Assembly (NCBI GenBank): GCA_049579805.1
Contig: JBAUOP010000048.1
Span: 27,136 to 91,135 of the forward strand
Direction of reading: 5' to 3'
DNA from: Acidobacteriaceae bacterium
GTDB lineage: Bacteria; Acidobacteriota; Terriglobia; Terriglobales; Acidobacteriaceae
DNA length: 64,000 nt
Of the stretch, positions 1 through 7,686 are shown one piece after another. Position 1 is the stretch's first letter, and every line of letters starts with the position of its first letter. Both the position numbers and the translations under genes were made by a program. A model generated the notes under the pieces. That model did no database searches. It was given only the letters and a program-made list of their open reading frames with translations, and had not been told where the DNA came from.

Positions 1-38
1 CCCACGTCCTTCGCGATATCCTTCATACGCACCGGCAT
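1..38 (-). CDS. 5' end of a probable LacI/GalR-family transcriptional regulator (runs off the left edge)
   Basis: Reverse strand reads ATG CCG GTG CGT ATG AAG GAT ATC GCG AAG GAC GTG GG = MPVRMKDIAKDVG. This resembles the KDIA-x-x-xGVS start of LacI-type HTH domains. Only about 12 codons are visible. It lies directly downstream of a sugar-acid operon. Confidence 0.25.
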   Translation of the reverse strand, partial: MPVRMKDIAKDV

Positions 39-102
39 AAATCGAACTATACAGCCATTCGCCGGCATTTTGAATGATGATTGCGCGCGACCATGGCAAG
101 CG

Positions 103-1467
103 CTAGTTTTCCGCGACCGGCACCGGTTCAGCGAGAGAATCGGATTGTGCTGGCACGGACGCCTTCCCCTGCGCGAAGAAGGAATAGCCTGCGATGCAGA
201 CGTAGCCGAGCAACGGAATCGTATAGGCGAATGCCAGGCTGTTCGACGCATCCGCCACAATCCCCATTAGCGGCGTCAGCACCGCGCCGCCGATAATCGC
301 CATCACGATCAGCGATCCGCCGACCTTGCTGTCCGCGCCAAGACCGCGCAATCCGAGAGCAAAGATCGTCGGGTACATCAGCGACATGAAGAAGCTGGTA
401 ATGAAGAGGGTCCACACGCCCAGCCAGCCAGCATGAAACACCGCGATGGAAACGAGACCGATGTTGATCAGCGCGTAGGTACCCATCAGCGTGGACGGCC
501 GAATATATTTCATAACGGCGGCGGATACAAACCGGCCCACGCCGAACATCGCAAGAGTTCCGGTGAGCAGGTATCCCGCCATCTTGTCCGTCTGGCCGGT
601 GTACGCCTGGATGTACTGGATGAAGTAACTCCACGTGCCCACCTGCGCGCCAACGTAGAAGAACTGGGCCACAATTGTGAGGAGGAGGTGCCTGTTCCTC
701 AGTAGTTCTGAGAGGTCGGTCACGGGGTTTGCCCGGGCGTCTTCTTCGTCCCGCATCACCGGGAACGGAGTTCTCCAGATGACAGCGGCGATGGTGAGAG
801 CTACGAGGCCCAGAACAACATATGGACGCACCACGCGCAGCGTTTCGGAATGCAGATAGGCCTGATACAGATGCTGCGCCTGCAGGCGGCTCGCCGCGCT
901 CACGCTCAATTGCACTCCCGAGAAGATAAAGGCCGTGCCAATAAAGGCTCCGGTGATGGACCCAAGAGGATTGAAGGCTTGCGAGAAATTGAGCCGACGT
1001 TCTGCCGTTTCGGGACTGCCGCATAACGCGATAAACGTGTTGGAAGCAGTTTCCAGGAAGGCGAGACCGCTCGCCATGACAAACAGTGCGAACAAAAAGA
1101 AGGAATAGCGCCCGACAACCGCCGCCGGCCAGAATAGAAACGTGCCCAGTCCGAAAAGCGACAGACCGGTGACAAAACCTCGCTTGTATCCCGCCTTGCG
1201 CATGTAAAGCGCCGACGGAAGTGCCAGCAGAAAGTACCCCATGTAAAAAGCCGATTGCACGAGGCCCGCCTGTAGCCGACTCAGCGAGAACGATTTCATG
1301 AACTGGCGGATCAAAATGTCGTTCAGATTATTCGGGATTCCCCATAAGAAGAAGAGAGCCGTCACCAATATGAAGGGAAGAAGAAGTCGCCGCGCTACCG
1401 CCGGCCCCGCCGTGGTTCCGGGCCGCGATGTATGGCTGGTGGAGTGGGTAAGAGCCATCAGTCGCAC
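103..1467 (-). CDS. MFS transporter, FHS family (L-fucose/glucose/galactose:H+ symporter type)
   Basis: 454-aa ORF with 12 predicted TM segments. The N-terminus LFFLWGIPNNLNDILIRQF...LQAGLVQSAFYMGYFLLALPSA...FLETASN closely parallels E. coli FucP motifs. The track start at 1467 is GTG; an in-frame ATG lies at 1458. Confidence 0.9.
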   Translation of the reverse strand: MRLMALTHSTSHTSRPGTTAGPAVARRLLLPFILVTALFFLWGIPNNLNDILIRQFMKSFSLSRLQAGLVQSAFYMGYFLLALPSALYMRKAGYKRGFVTGLSLFGLGTFLFWPAAVVGRYSFFLFALFVMASGLAFLETASNTFIALCGSPETAERRLNFSQAFNPLGSITGAFIGTAFIFSGVQLSVSAASRLQAQHLYQAYLHSETLRVVRPYVVLGLVALTIAAVIWRTPFPVMRDEEDARANPVTDLSELLRNRHLLLTIVAQFFYVGAQVGTWSYFIQYIQAYTGQTDKMAGYLLTGTLAMFGVGRFVSAAVMKYIRPSTLMGTYALINIGLVSIAVFHAGWLGVWTLFITSFFMSLMYPTIFALGLRGLGADSKVGGSLIVMAIIGGAVLTPLMGIVADASNSLAFAYTIPLLGYVCIAGYSFFAQGKASVPAQSDSLAEPVPVAEN

Positions 1468-1516
1468 CTCGGCAGATATCTAATCTTCATTGTTTCCTTT
1501 TTTGCGCATGGACTCT

Positions 1517-2722
1517 CTACGCGTGACATCCTGCGGTCAATGACGGGGTGTCCTGATGCTTATACATTACGAAGTATTCACGATGGCCGAGCGCTTCCGG
1601 TTTGCTCGGAGCGCCCGCAGCGATCTGGCCCACCAGATCGAGCAATGCCGCCGCAGCCTGGTCCAATGTCTGCTCGCCGGTCAGGATCGTACCGGCATTG
1701 AAATCCATATCCTCGATCATGCGCTCAAACGTGCGGGAGTTACCCGTCACTTTCACCAGTGGAGCCACGGGGCTCCCAATGACCGACCCTCTCCCCGTGA
1801 TGAACAGGACGATCTGCGCGCCGGTCGAGATCAGATCCATGATTCCTTCAGTGTCATTCGGATTTGTATAGCCGAACTGCATAAAGTGCGGATCGGGGAC
1901 AGAGTCCAATAACCACAATCCAGAATGCGGCGGGATCTGCGAAACGCGGAGGACACCCTGGATGGGGCGACTTCCTGACTTCGCAAAGGCCCCCATGCTC
2001 TTCTCTTCAATTGTCGTGAGGCCGCCCGCGAAGTTGCCAGGTGAGACCGAGTACTGGCGAACCGCTCTGCAATACTCCTCCACCTTGCGATAGGTTGCGT
2101 CCAATTCGTGCGCGACCTCGAGGCTTGCGGCGCGCGCCTGCAGTACCTCGTGCAGGCCTATCATCTCCACCACTTCTTCAAAGACGGCCCGCCCACCCTT
2201 GTCCACCAGCAGGTCGAAGAATTTTCCGACCACCGGATTGCCAGCCAAGCCGGAAGTCCCATCGGATCCTCCGCATTCCGCGCCGACGGTCAGATCCTGC
2301 CAATTCATGGAAACCGGCAGCGCCTGCTGGGCCATTCGTGCCCGCAGAGCAGTTAGCGCCGCCTTGCCTCGAGCGATGCCGGCCCGCGTCCCCCCCGCAT
2401 CCTGGATGCTGAACCAGTCGGAAGGGCGGCCGGATGCCGCTGCGGCCTCCGCCAATCTAGCCGGCTGTGTGTATTCGCAACCGAGGCCTATCGCGAGACA
2501 CGCACCGACATTGGGGTGCGTCGCCAGCGCGAGCATCATCCGAATGGCGTAAGCATTGTCGTAGCAACCTGGAAATCCGATCACATGGACGTCTTCCTCG
2601 TGCTGCCCCACGGCATGCGCAACGAAGCTCGCGCATTCGACCGTATAAATGACGAGGATCAGGTTTCGGATCCCCTTGCGTCCGTCGGTCCGCAGAAAAC
2701 CCTGCCACTCTCGGTCAGACAT
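1517..2722 (-). CDS. UxaA-family sugar-acid dehydratase, large (catalytic) subunit
   Basis: [22 protein letters not shown]...GCEYTQP...GGSDGTSG...[10 protein letters not shown] is typical of altronate/galactarate dehydratase C-terminal domains. The track ORF (to 2857) overlaps the upstream gene. I use the ATG at 2722 (MSDREWQGF), which gives an 8-nt overlap with the SAF subunit gene. Confidence 0.85.
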   Translation of the reverse strand: MSDREWQGFLRTDGRKGIRNLILVIYTVECASFVAHAVGQHEEDVHVIGFPGCYDNAYAIRMMLALATHPNVGACLAIGLGCEYTQPARLAEAAAASGRPSDWFSIQDAGGTRAGIARGKAALTALRARMAQQALPVSMNWQDLTVGAECGGSDGTSGLAGNPVVGKFFDLLVDKGGRAVFEEVVEMIGLHEVLQARAASLEVAHELDATYRKVEEYCRAVRQYSVSPGNFAGGLTTIEEKSMGAFAKSGSRPIQGVLRVSQIPPHSGLWLLDSVPDPHFMQFGYTNPNDTEGIMDLISTGAQIVLFITGRGSVIGSPVAPLVKVTGNSRTFERMIEDMDFNAGTILTGEQTLDQAAAALLDLVGQIAAGAPSKPEALGHREYFVMYKHQDTPSLTAGCHA

Positions 2723-3065
2723 ACGGCGTATCCAGTGCTGCTCCGGTCTTAGGATCGAGTTGGTTCGAGCGGTCATCCACCTGGCTACGGCAGTTGTGCA
2801 GATGCACCCAGGTGCCGGGCGCGATCGGCACGGTAGCCAGCCCAATGACCACGCCATACTTCACAATCGGCTCACCAGGATCGACAGACGCCAGCGCAAT
2901 CTTATGTCCGAGCACGATCGGTTCCAGAGCGGTCACTTGCAGCGGAGTCGCGGCGCCATAGACCGTCACCGGCCCGCCTTCGACATCCCCCAGCATGGTC
3001 GCGACATTATCCACGGCCTCTACCTGGAACGCCCTTCCGCAATTTGCGCTGGATGCAGCTCTCAT
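2715..3065 (-). CDS. UxaA-family dehydratase, small SAF-domain subunit
   Basis: 116 aa. The pattern [11 protein letters not shown]...[23 protein letters not shown] matches the SAF/N-terminal domain of UxaA-type dehydratases, here encoded as a separate gene. ATGA overlap with the RraA-like gene upstream. Confidence 0.8.
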   Translation of the reverse strand: MRAASSANCGRAFQVEAVDNVATMLGDVEGGPVTVYGAATPLQVTALEPIVLGHKIALASVDPGEPIVKYGVVIGLATVPIAPGTWVHLHNCRSQVDDRSNQLDPKTGAALDTPYV

Positions 3066-3724
3066 AGAATGCCGTATTTGCGAAACGCTTCAGTCGTCGA
3101 CAGGCCGCCTTCGATTGCTTTTCGCACAACTTTTTCGCCGGCTGCCTTTTCGAGCGAAAGTCTTACTACCTCTTCTTCCACCTCGCGCGGAATCACCACA
3201 ACACCATCCAGATCGGCGAAAATCAACTCCCCCGGCGAGATGCGCACATCGCCGACCTCGACCGCACAGCGGAAATCGACCACCCTCGACCGGACCGCTG
3301 CATCCTGTGCGAAACGGCCGCGGCTGAAAACCGGCCAGTTCTGTTCCAAAACACGGGGCGTGTCCCGATGATAGCCGTCTATGATCGCACCTACTCCGTT
3401 TCTGGTGCGCGCTGCCGCTGTCATAATTTCACCCCACGCCGCGCAGTTCATCGAGCCGCCGGTGGCAACATAAATCTCACCCGGCAAAATGGAATCGAGC
3501 GCCTCCGTCATTCTTCCAAATGGATGCTCCTGCGGACCCCACGCATCCGCAATCTGCACCGGCAGCGCGCGGCCAACCAAGCACATCTGTGGCGTCAGCG
3601 GCTGAATCGCCGGGGGAAGGAACTGATGACAGTAGCCGAGGCGGTCCAGGATGTCTCCCACCACCGGCGAATAGAGGTGCGAGACCATCGCGTCAAATCG
3701 CTCTTCGTCCGTAGCCATATGCAT
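3062..3724 (-). CDS. RraA-family protein (class II HMG/CHA-aldolase-like, probable 2-keto-3-deoxy-acid aldolase)
   Basis: 220 aa. VVGDILDRLG...GEIYVATGG..NCAAWGEIMTAAAR.RG..GAIIDGYHRD is the RraA/demethylmenaquinone-methyltransferase-like fold signature. Same operon as the dehydratase. Confidence 0.8.
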   Translation of the reverse strand: MHMATDEERFDAMVSHLYSPVVGDILDRLGYCHQFLPPAIQPLTPQMCLVGRALPVQIADAWGPQEHPFGRMTEALDSILPGEIYVATGGSMNCAAWGEIMTAAARTRNGVGAIIDGYHRDTPRVLEQNWPVFSRGRFAQDAAVRSRVVDFRCAVEVGDVRISPGELIFADLDGVVVIPREVEEEVVRLSLEKAAGEKVVRKAIEGGLSTTEAFRKYGIL

Positions 3725-3853
3725 TGCTGGATTCCGATTCCGGGAGTATCGGGGGGTAATTCGACTGAAACAGTATATCCTTTACTTTAGCGATTTTTAT
3801 GCGCGCAGTCCAGTGAATGACAGAGCGCCTGTCCTCTCGCCCGGAAGGAATTT

Positions 3854-4630
3854 ATGCTCACCTCTCTCTTCGATCTGAGCGGAAAAACAGCTGTCGTTGT
3901 CGGAGGCACAACCGGGATCGGCCGCGAGATCGCTCTCGGCTTCGCCGACGCCGGCGCTTCCGTGATTGCTTCGTCCCGCAGGCCCGACCAGGTGCAGCGT
4001 ATGGCGGCTGAACTGGAGGCCCGAGGAAGCAGAACGCTAGCCATCCCTTCGGACGTCACAGACCGCTCCTCGCTGGTCGCGTTACGCGACCGGGCGCTCG
4101 AAGCGTTTGGCGCGGTCGACATCCTCATCAACTCCGCCGGCAGAATCAAGCGGACGCCGACACTCGCCCTCAGCGAAGAGGAGTGGTGTGGGATTATTGA
4201 CACGAATCTCACTGGAGCGTTCCGCGCCTGCCAGATCTTCGGCGAGCCCATGCTGGAGAGAGGCTGGGGACGAATCATCAACATCGTCTCGCTCTCCAAC
4301 TTCGTTGGATTGTATGAGGTCGCGGCTTACGGAGCCAGCAAGGCCGCTTTAGGATCGCTGACCCGCTCCCTCGCCGTCGAGTGGTCCAGCCGTGGTGTAC
4401 TGGTGAATGCGATCGCCCCTGGAGTATTTCGCACCACAATCAATGCCGACCTGCTCGACAACACCGCCCGCGGACGGGAATTCCTGGTGCGCACGCCAAT
4501 GGGCCGCTTTGGAAGGACGGAAGAACTCGTCGGGGCGGCGGTTTACCTTTCTTCCGAGGCGGCGTCATTTGTGACCGGCCAGATTCTTGCCGTCGACGGA
4601 GGCTTTCTCGCCAGCGGCGTGAACAGCTAA
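3854..4630 (+). CDS. SDR-family oxidoreductase
   Basis: 258 aa with the Rossmann motif GKTAVVVGGTTGIGREIA, NSAG, and the catalytic Y-x3-K in AAYGASKAAL. Divergent from the dehydratase operon. Confidence 0.9.
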   Translation: MLTSLFDLSGKTAVVVGGTTGIGREIALGFADAGASVIASSRRPDQVQRMAAELEARGSRTLAIPSDVTDRSSLVALRDRALEAFGAVDILINSAGRIKRTPTLALSEEEWCGIIDTNLTGAFRACQIFGEPMLERGWGRIINIVSLSNFVGLYEVAAYGASKAALGSLTRSLAVEWSSRGVLVNAIAPGVFRTTINADLLDNTARGREFLVRTPMGRFGRTEELVGAAVYLSSEAASFVTGQILAVDGGFLASGVNS

Positions 4631-4878
4631 ACGCCATGAGCGCGGCTTAGAATTCGGATTCTTTCCATCTTCAGCCAAGCCTCGCGCCGAACTGCGTCCA
4701 ATCGCTTTTCAGCTTCCTTAATCCAGTGGCGGTATGTCTTGCGGATTTCCTTAGGCGACGTACCAACCATGTCCGCAACGTCGTCCACACGGTGGTCTTC
4801 GCATCCGCACCGGGGATCGCAGCGGTTGGTGCCGTTGCAAACGTCCTGGTTGTGCCGTCTCCAGACGGTGAAGGCCAT
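4627..4878 (-). pseudogene. Remnant of the C-terminal end of a tyrosine recombinase/integrase
   Basis: The 83-aa ORF keeps only ...RCGCEDHRVDDVADMVGTSPKEIRKTYRHWIKEAEKRLDAVRRE, which resembles the terminal box (..G..i..V...lGHs....T...Y.hw) of phage-type integrases. It starts about 120 bp from the 3' end of tRNA-Asn, so roughly 300 N-terminal codons are missing. Confidence 0.45.
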
Positions 4879-4996
4879 GCGTCGACGAACCGCTGCACAC
4901 CGGGTTCAGGTGAACCTCTGGCGGTGGCTTTAGGACGATTTTAGGGACGGTTTGAAGAGGAAGTCACTGAAAAGCAGTGTTTATGCGGCGGAAGAC

Positions 4997-5074
<78 letters not shown>

Positions 5075-5113
5075 TGAGTGAAACGCACGAATTGTCTCCC
5101 CGATTATAACAAA

Positions 5114-5150
5114 GCAGGGTGCAGGGTACAGGTGCAGAGTGCGGTCAGGG
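5114..5150. repeat. Degenerate heptamer micro-tandem repeat (GCAGGGT family)
   Basis: gcagggt gcagggt acaggt gcagagt gcggtca gggt. Lies between tRNA-Asn and the 3' end of the DUF4149 gene. Confidence 0.7.
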
Positions 5151-5633
5151 TTTGGCCAGGCCGGTATCGCGGGCGAGAAGGATGACGAGCAGGAGGCCGG
5201 CGAGCATCACGGCTTCCTCGGCATGGACGGAGAGGCCGTGGAGGCGGTCGAAGTCGGCGTGGAGGGGGTTGGTTCCGGGAACAGCGTCGATGGCGCCGCC
5301 GGCGGCGATGCGGTCGTGCTCCATGCGCGGGATGATGGAGAACTGTGAGTACGCGGTGAAACCGAGCATGACGAGGGTGACGACGACGCCGATGATCATG
5401 CTGCGTCCATAGACGCGCAGGACGATGCCGACGAGAAGAAACAGGACGATCCAGCAGCCGGCGACGAGGCCTTCGTGGTGGAGAGTGGTGAGACATTTGG
5501 CGACGATGGTGCCGGCGAGGTGGGTGTCGGCGATGGTGCCGAAGGCAGCGGCGGCAACGACGGGGAAGAAGAAGAGGCCGCCCAGCCAGATCACAAGGGC
5601 GATCCAGACGAGAAAGCGGATGAGGGTTTTCAT
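5145..5633 (-). CDS. DUF4149-like integral membrane protein
   Basis: MKTLIRFLVWIALVIWLGGLFFFPVVAAAAF... followed by four hydrophobic helices. I use the ATG at 5633. The upstream 18 codons of the track ORF are just a translation of a heptamer repeat. Confidence 0.75.
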   Translation of the reverse strand: MKTLIRFLVWIALVIWLGGLFFFPVVAAAAFGTIADTHLAGTIVAKCLTTLHHEGLVAGCWIVLFLLVGIVLRVYGRSMIIGVVVTLVMLGFTAYSQFSIIPRMEHDRIAAGGAIDAVPGTNPLHADFDRLHGLSVHAEEAVMLAGLLLVILLARDTGLAKP

Positions 5634-5657
5634 GGCCTCAACAGCGTACAACAACAG

Positions 5658-5682
5658 CCGGTAGCCTGTAGCCGGTAGCGGG
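5658..5682. repeat. Degenerate heptamer micro-tandem repeat (CCGGTAG / GGCTAC family)
   Basis: ccggtag cctgtag ccggtag cggg, in the divergent intergenic region between the DUF4149 and beta-propeller genes. Its reverse complement matches the unit at 41265-41296. Confidence 0.7.
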
Positions 5683-5731
5683 AGCACGCTCGCCTTGAGA
5701 AAGAGCGCCGCGGGCAGTATGGTGGGGGCCT

Positions 5732-6730
5732 ATGAAAAGCAGAGCGGGTGCGGTGGCACTGGCGGTAAGCATGTCTTTGGCGGCGATTCAGGCAGTTTGG
5801 GGGCAGCGGCTGCTGGTGGCGAACCAGGATGATCGCACCATCAGCGTGATCGATCCGGCGGCGGGCCGGGTGGTGGCGACGGTGGCAGAGCCGGTGGCGG
5901 GCGAGTGGGTGCATGAGGTGGCCGCGTCGCCGGATGGGCGGACGGCGTATGCGCCGGTATACGGGAACAGTGGAGTCGGCAAGCCGGGGATCGACGGGCG
6001 CACGCTGCTGGTAATCGACGTGGCGTCGGGGCGGGTGATTCGGACGCTGGACTTTGGACATGGAGTACGGCCGCATCTGCCGGTGCTGGACGCGGCGCAC
6101 GGCCGGCTGTATGTGACGACGGAGCTGGACGATGCGGTGACGGTGGTCGACACGAAGACGCTGCGCATTGTGGGGAAGGTGCCGACGGGGCAGGCGGAGT
6201 CGCACATGCTGGCAATCTCGCACGACGGGCGGTTCGGGTACACGGCGAACGTGGGCCCGGGTACGGTGTCGGTACTGGATCTGATGGGGCGGAAGACGCT
6301 GGCGGTGATTCCGGTGGCGGGTACGGTGCAGCGGATCGCGATCACGCCGGACGACCGGCATGTGTTCACGTCGGATCAAAAACAGCCGCGGCTGGCGGTG
6401 ATCGACACGGCGACCCGGAAGGTGCAGCAGTGGGTGACGCTCCCGGGAATCGGATATGGAGCGGCGGCGACTCCGGACGGGCGATGGCTGCTGGTGGCGC
6501 TGCCGGGAAGGAATGCGGTGACGGTGGTGGATTTGCGCGCGATGCGCGTGGCGCAGACGATTGCGGTGGGTAAGGCGCCGCAGGCGGTGCTGGTGCGGCC
6601 GGATGGGCGGATGGCGTATGTGTCGTGCGCGGGGAGCGGACAGGTAGCGGCGATTGATCTGACTGAGTGGAAGGTGGAGAAGATGATTCCAGCCGGCGCG
6701 TGGGACGACGGAATGGCCTGGGCGCGGTAG
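5732..6730 (+). CDS. Secreted YVTN/YncE-like 7-bladed beta-propeller repeat protein
   Basis: 332 aa with a signal peptide (AVALAVSMSLAAIQAVWG). Repeated units of the type ...V.VID..t.kvv.ti.vG..P.gva.spDG...yV. Confidence 0.85.
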   Translation: MKSRAGAVALAVSMSLAAIQAVWGQRLLVANQDDRTISVIDPAAGRVVATVAEPVAGEWVHEVAASPDGRTAYAPVYGNSGVGKPGIDGRTLLVIDVASGRVIRTLDFGHGVRPHLPVLDAAHGRLYVTTELDDAVTVVDTKTLRIVGKVPTGQAESHMLAISHDGRFGYTANVGPGTVSVLDLMGRKTLAVIPVAGTVQRIAITPDDRHVFTSDQKQPRLAVIDTATRKVQQWVTLPGIGYGAAATPDGRWLLVALPGRNAVTVVDLRAMRVAQTIAVGKAPQAVLVRPDGRMAYVSCAGSGQVAAIDLTEWKVEKMIPAGAWDDGMAWAR

Positions 6731-6746
6731 GGGCAGAGGGCAGGGA

Positions 6747-7145
6747 TTACGGACCTGTGAGCGCGAGAGTCGTGAGGGCTTCGGGGGCGCCGAGGACTTT
6801 GAGGAAAGCGTCGGGGATGCCGTGGCGCTGCTGGAGCCAGCCGGGACTGTTCCAGGAAAGATGGACGGCGCCGGCGGGATCCTGCCAGACGAGGATTTTG
6901 AGGGGCAGGTCGAGGGCAGCGCTGGGCGCGGCGAGCATCACCGGCGTGCCGGCGGCGGGATTGCCGAAGATGAGGAGCTGGGTGGGCGGCATGGAGAGGC
7001 CGGCTTTTTCGGCTTCGCCGCTGTGATCGACGAGGGCGAAGAGGCGGATGCCTTTGGCGGCCAGGGTTTTCTGCAGGCGGTCAACGGTTTCGCTGACGCT
7101 GAAGGGGCTGGGCCGGGTGACGATGCCAGGGTCGGTCTGGGTCAT
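6747..7145 (-). CDS. DUF302 domain protein
   Basis: MTQTDPGIVTRPSPFSVSETVDRLQKTLAAKGIRLFALVDHSGEAEKAGLSMPPTQLLIFGNPAAGTPVM...LPLKILVW is the DUF302 pattern. The start is at ATG 7145. The N-terminal 84 codons of the track ORF read through the heptamer repeat and are not credible. Confidence 0.85.
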   Translation of the reverse strand: MTQTDPGIVTRPSPFSVSETVDRLQKTLAAKGIRLFALVDHSGEAEKAGLSMPPTQLLIFGNPAAGTPVMLAAPSAALDLPLKILVWQDPAGAVHLSWNSPGWLQQRHGIPDAFLKVLGAPEALTTLALTGP

Positions 7146-7219
7146 GCGCGCCTCCGCGAGATCGATCGACAGGTAGATAGAGGATGCACCACTGGGCGGC
7201 GGGGCGGCAAAAAAGAAAA

Positions 7220-7270
7220 GGTTGCAGGTGACAGGTTGCAGGTTACGGGGGATTGGTTGCAGGTTGCGGG
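7220..7270. repeat. Degenerate heptamer micro-tandem repeat, 7 units (GGTTGCA family)
   Basis: ggttgca ggtgaca ggttgca ggttacg ggggatt ggttgca ggttgcg ggg, preceded by an A-run. Lies upstream of the DUF302 gene. Confidence 0.8.
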
Positions 7271-7620
7271 GAATCGCAGCGGCAGACAGCTTACGCCATG
7301 ATGTCCAGATCCGGTTTCGGCTCGGGAGGGTCGTTTTCCTGGCCGGATGCCGCTTCGTCGGATTCGTCCTGGACTTCCGGTTCGACCTCGGACACAAAGC
7401 GGCGGCGGCGCAGCTTCTCTCGTGTCCAGGCAGGCGTTCGCTCCGATGCCAGCGGTCCCATTCGCCCTACACGATCGACTTCCATATCTGCCCTCGCCGC
7501 ATTGCATTCACTGTGGGTATCGGCTTCGGCGTGGGAGAGTTCAGCAAGGCCGGCACAATCGAGGGGCCATGGCCCTGGGCGTGCGCGGGCACCATCGTCC
7601 GACGCCAGGTTCTCCACCAT

Positions 7621-7660
7621 CTGCCCCAACTCTGCACAGCCTGCCCCGGCTCTGCACAGC
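7621..7660. repeat. 20-bp tandem duplication directly upstream of mutL
   Basis: ctgccccaactctgcacagc / ctgccccggctctgcacagc (18/20 identical), ending 27 bp before the mutL ATG. Possibly a promoter or operator element. Confidence 0.6.
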
Positions 7661-7686
7661 GCGGCGGAAGGTATGCTTGAGCCAGC

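Noticed and set aside
5634-5687. N-terminal extensions of the track ORFs 5145..5687 and 6747..7397 (PATGYRLLLY..., PRNLQPIPRNLQPVTCNLFFF)
   Set aside because: These peptides are simply translations of the heptamer repeat arrays. Proper ATG starts with family-consistent N-termini exist downstream at 5633 and 7145.
7291-7620. 109-aa minus-strand ORF in the DUF302-mutL gap (acidic C-terminus)
   Set aside because: Third-position GC is about 62-65%, versus about 80% in flanking genes. There is no recognisable motif and no convincing Shine-Dalgarno. It is kept only as something to test with Ribo-seq.
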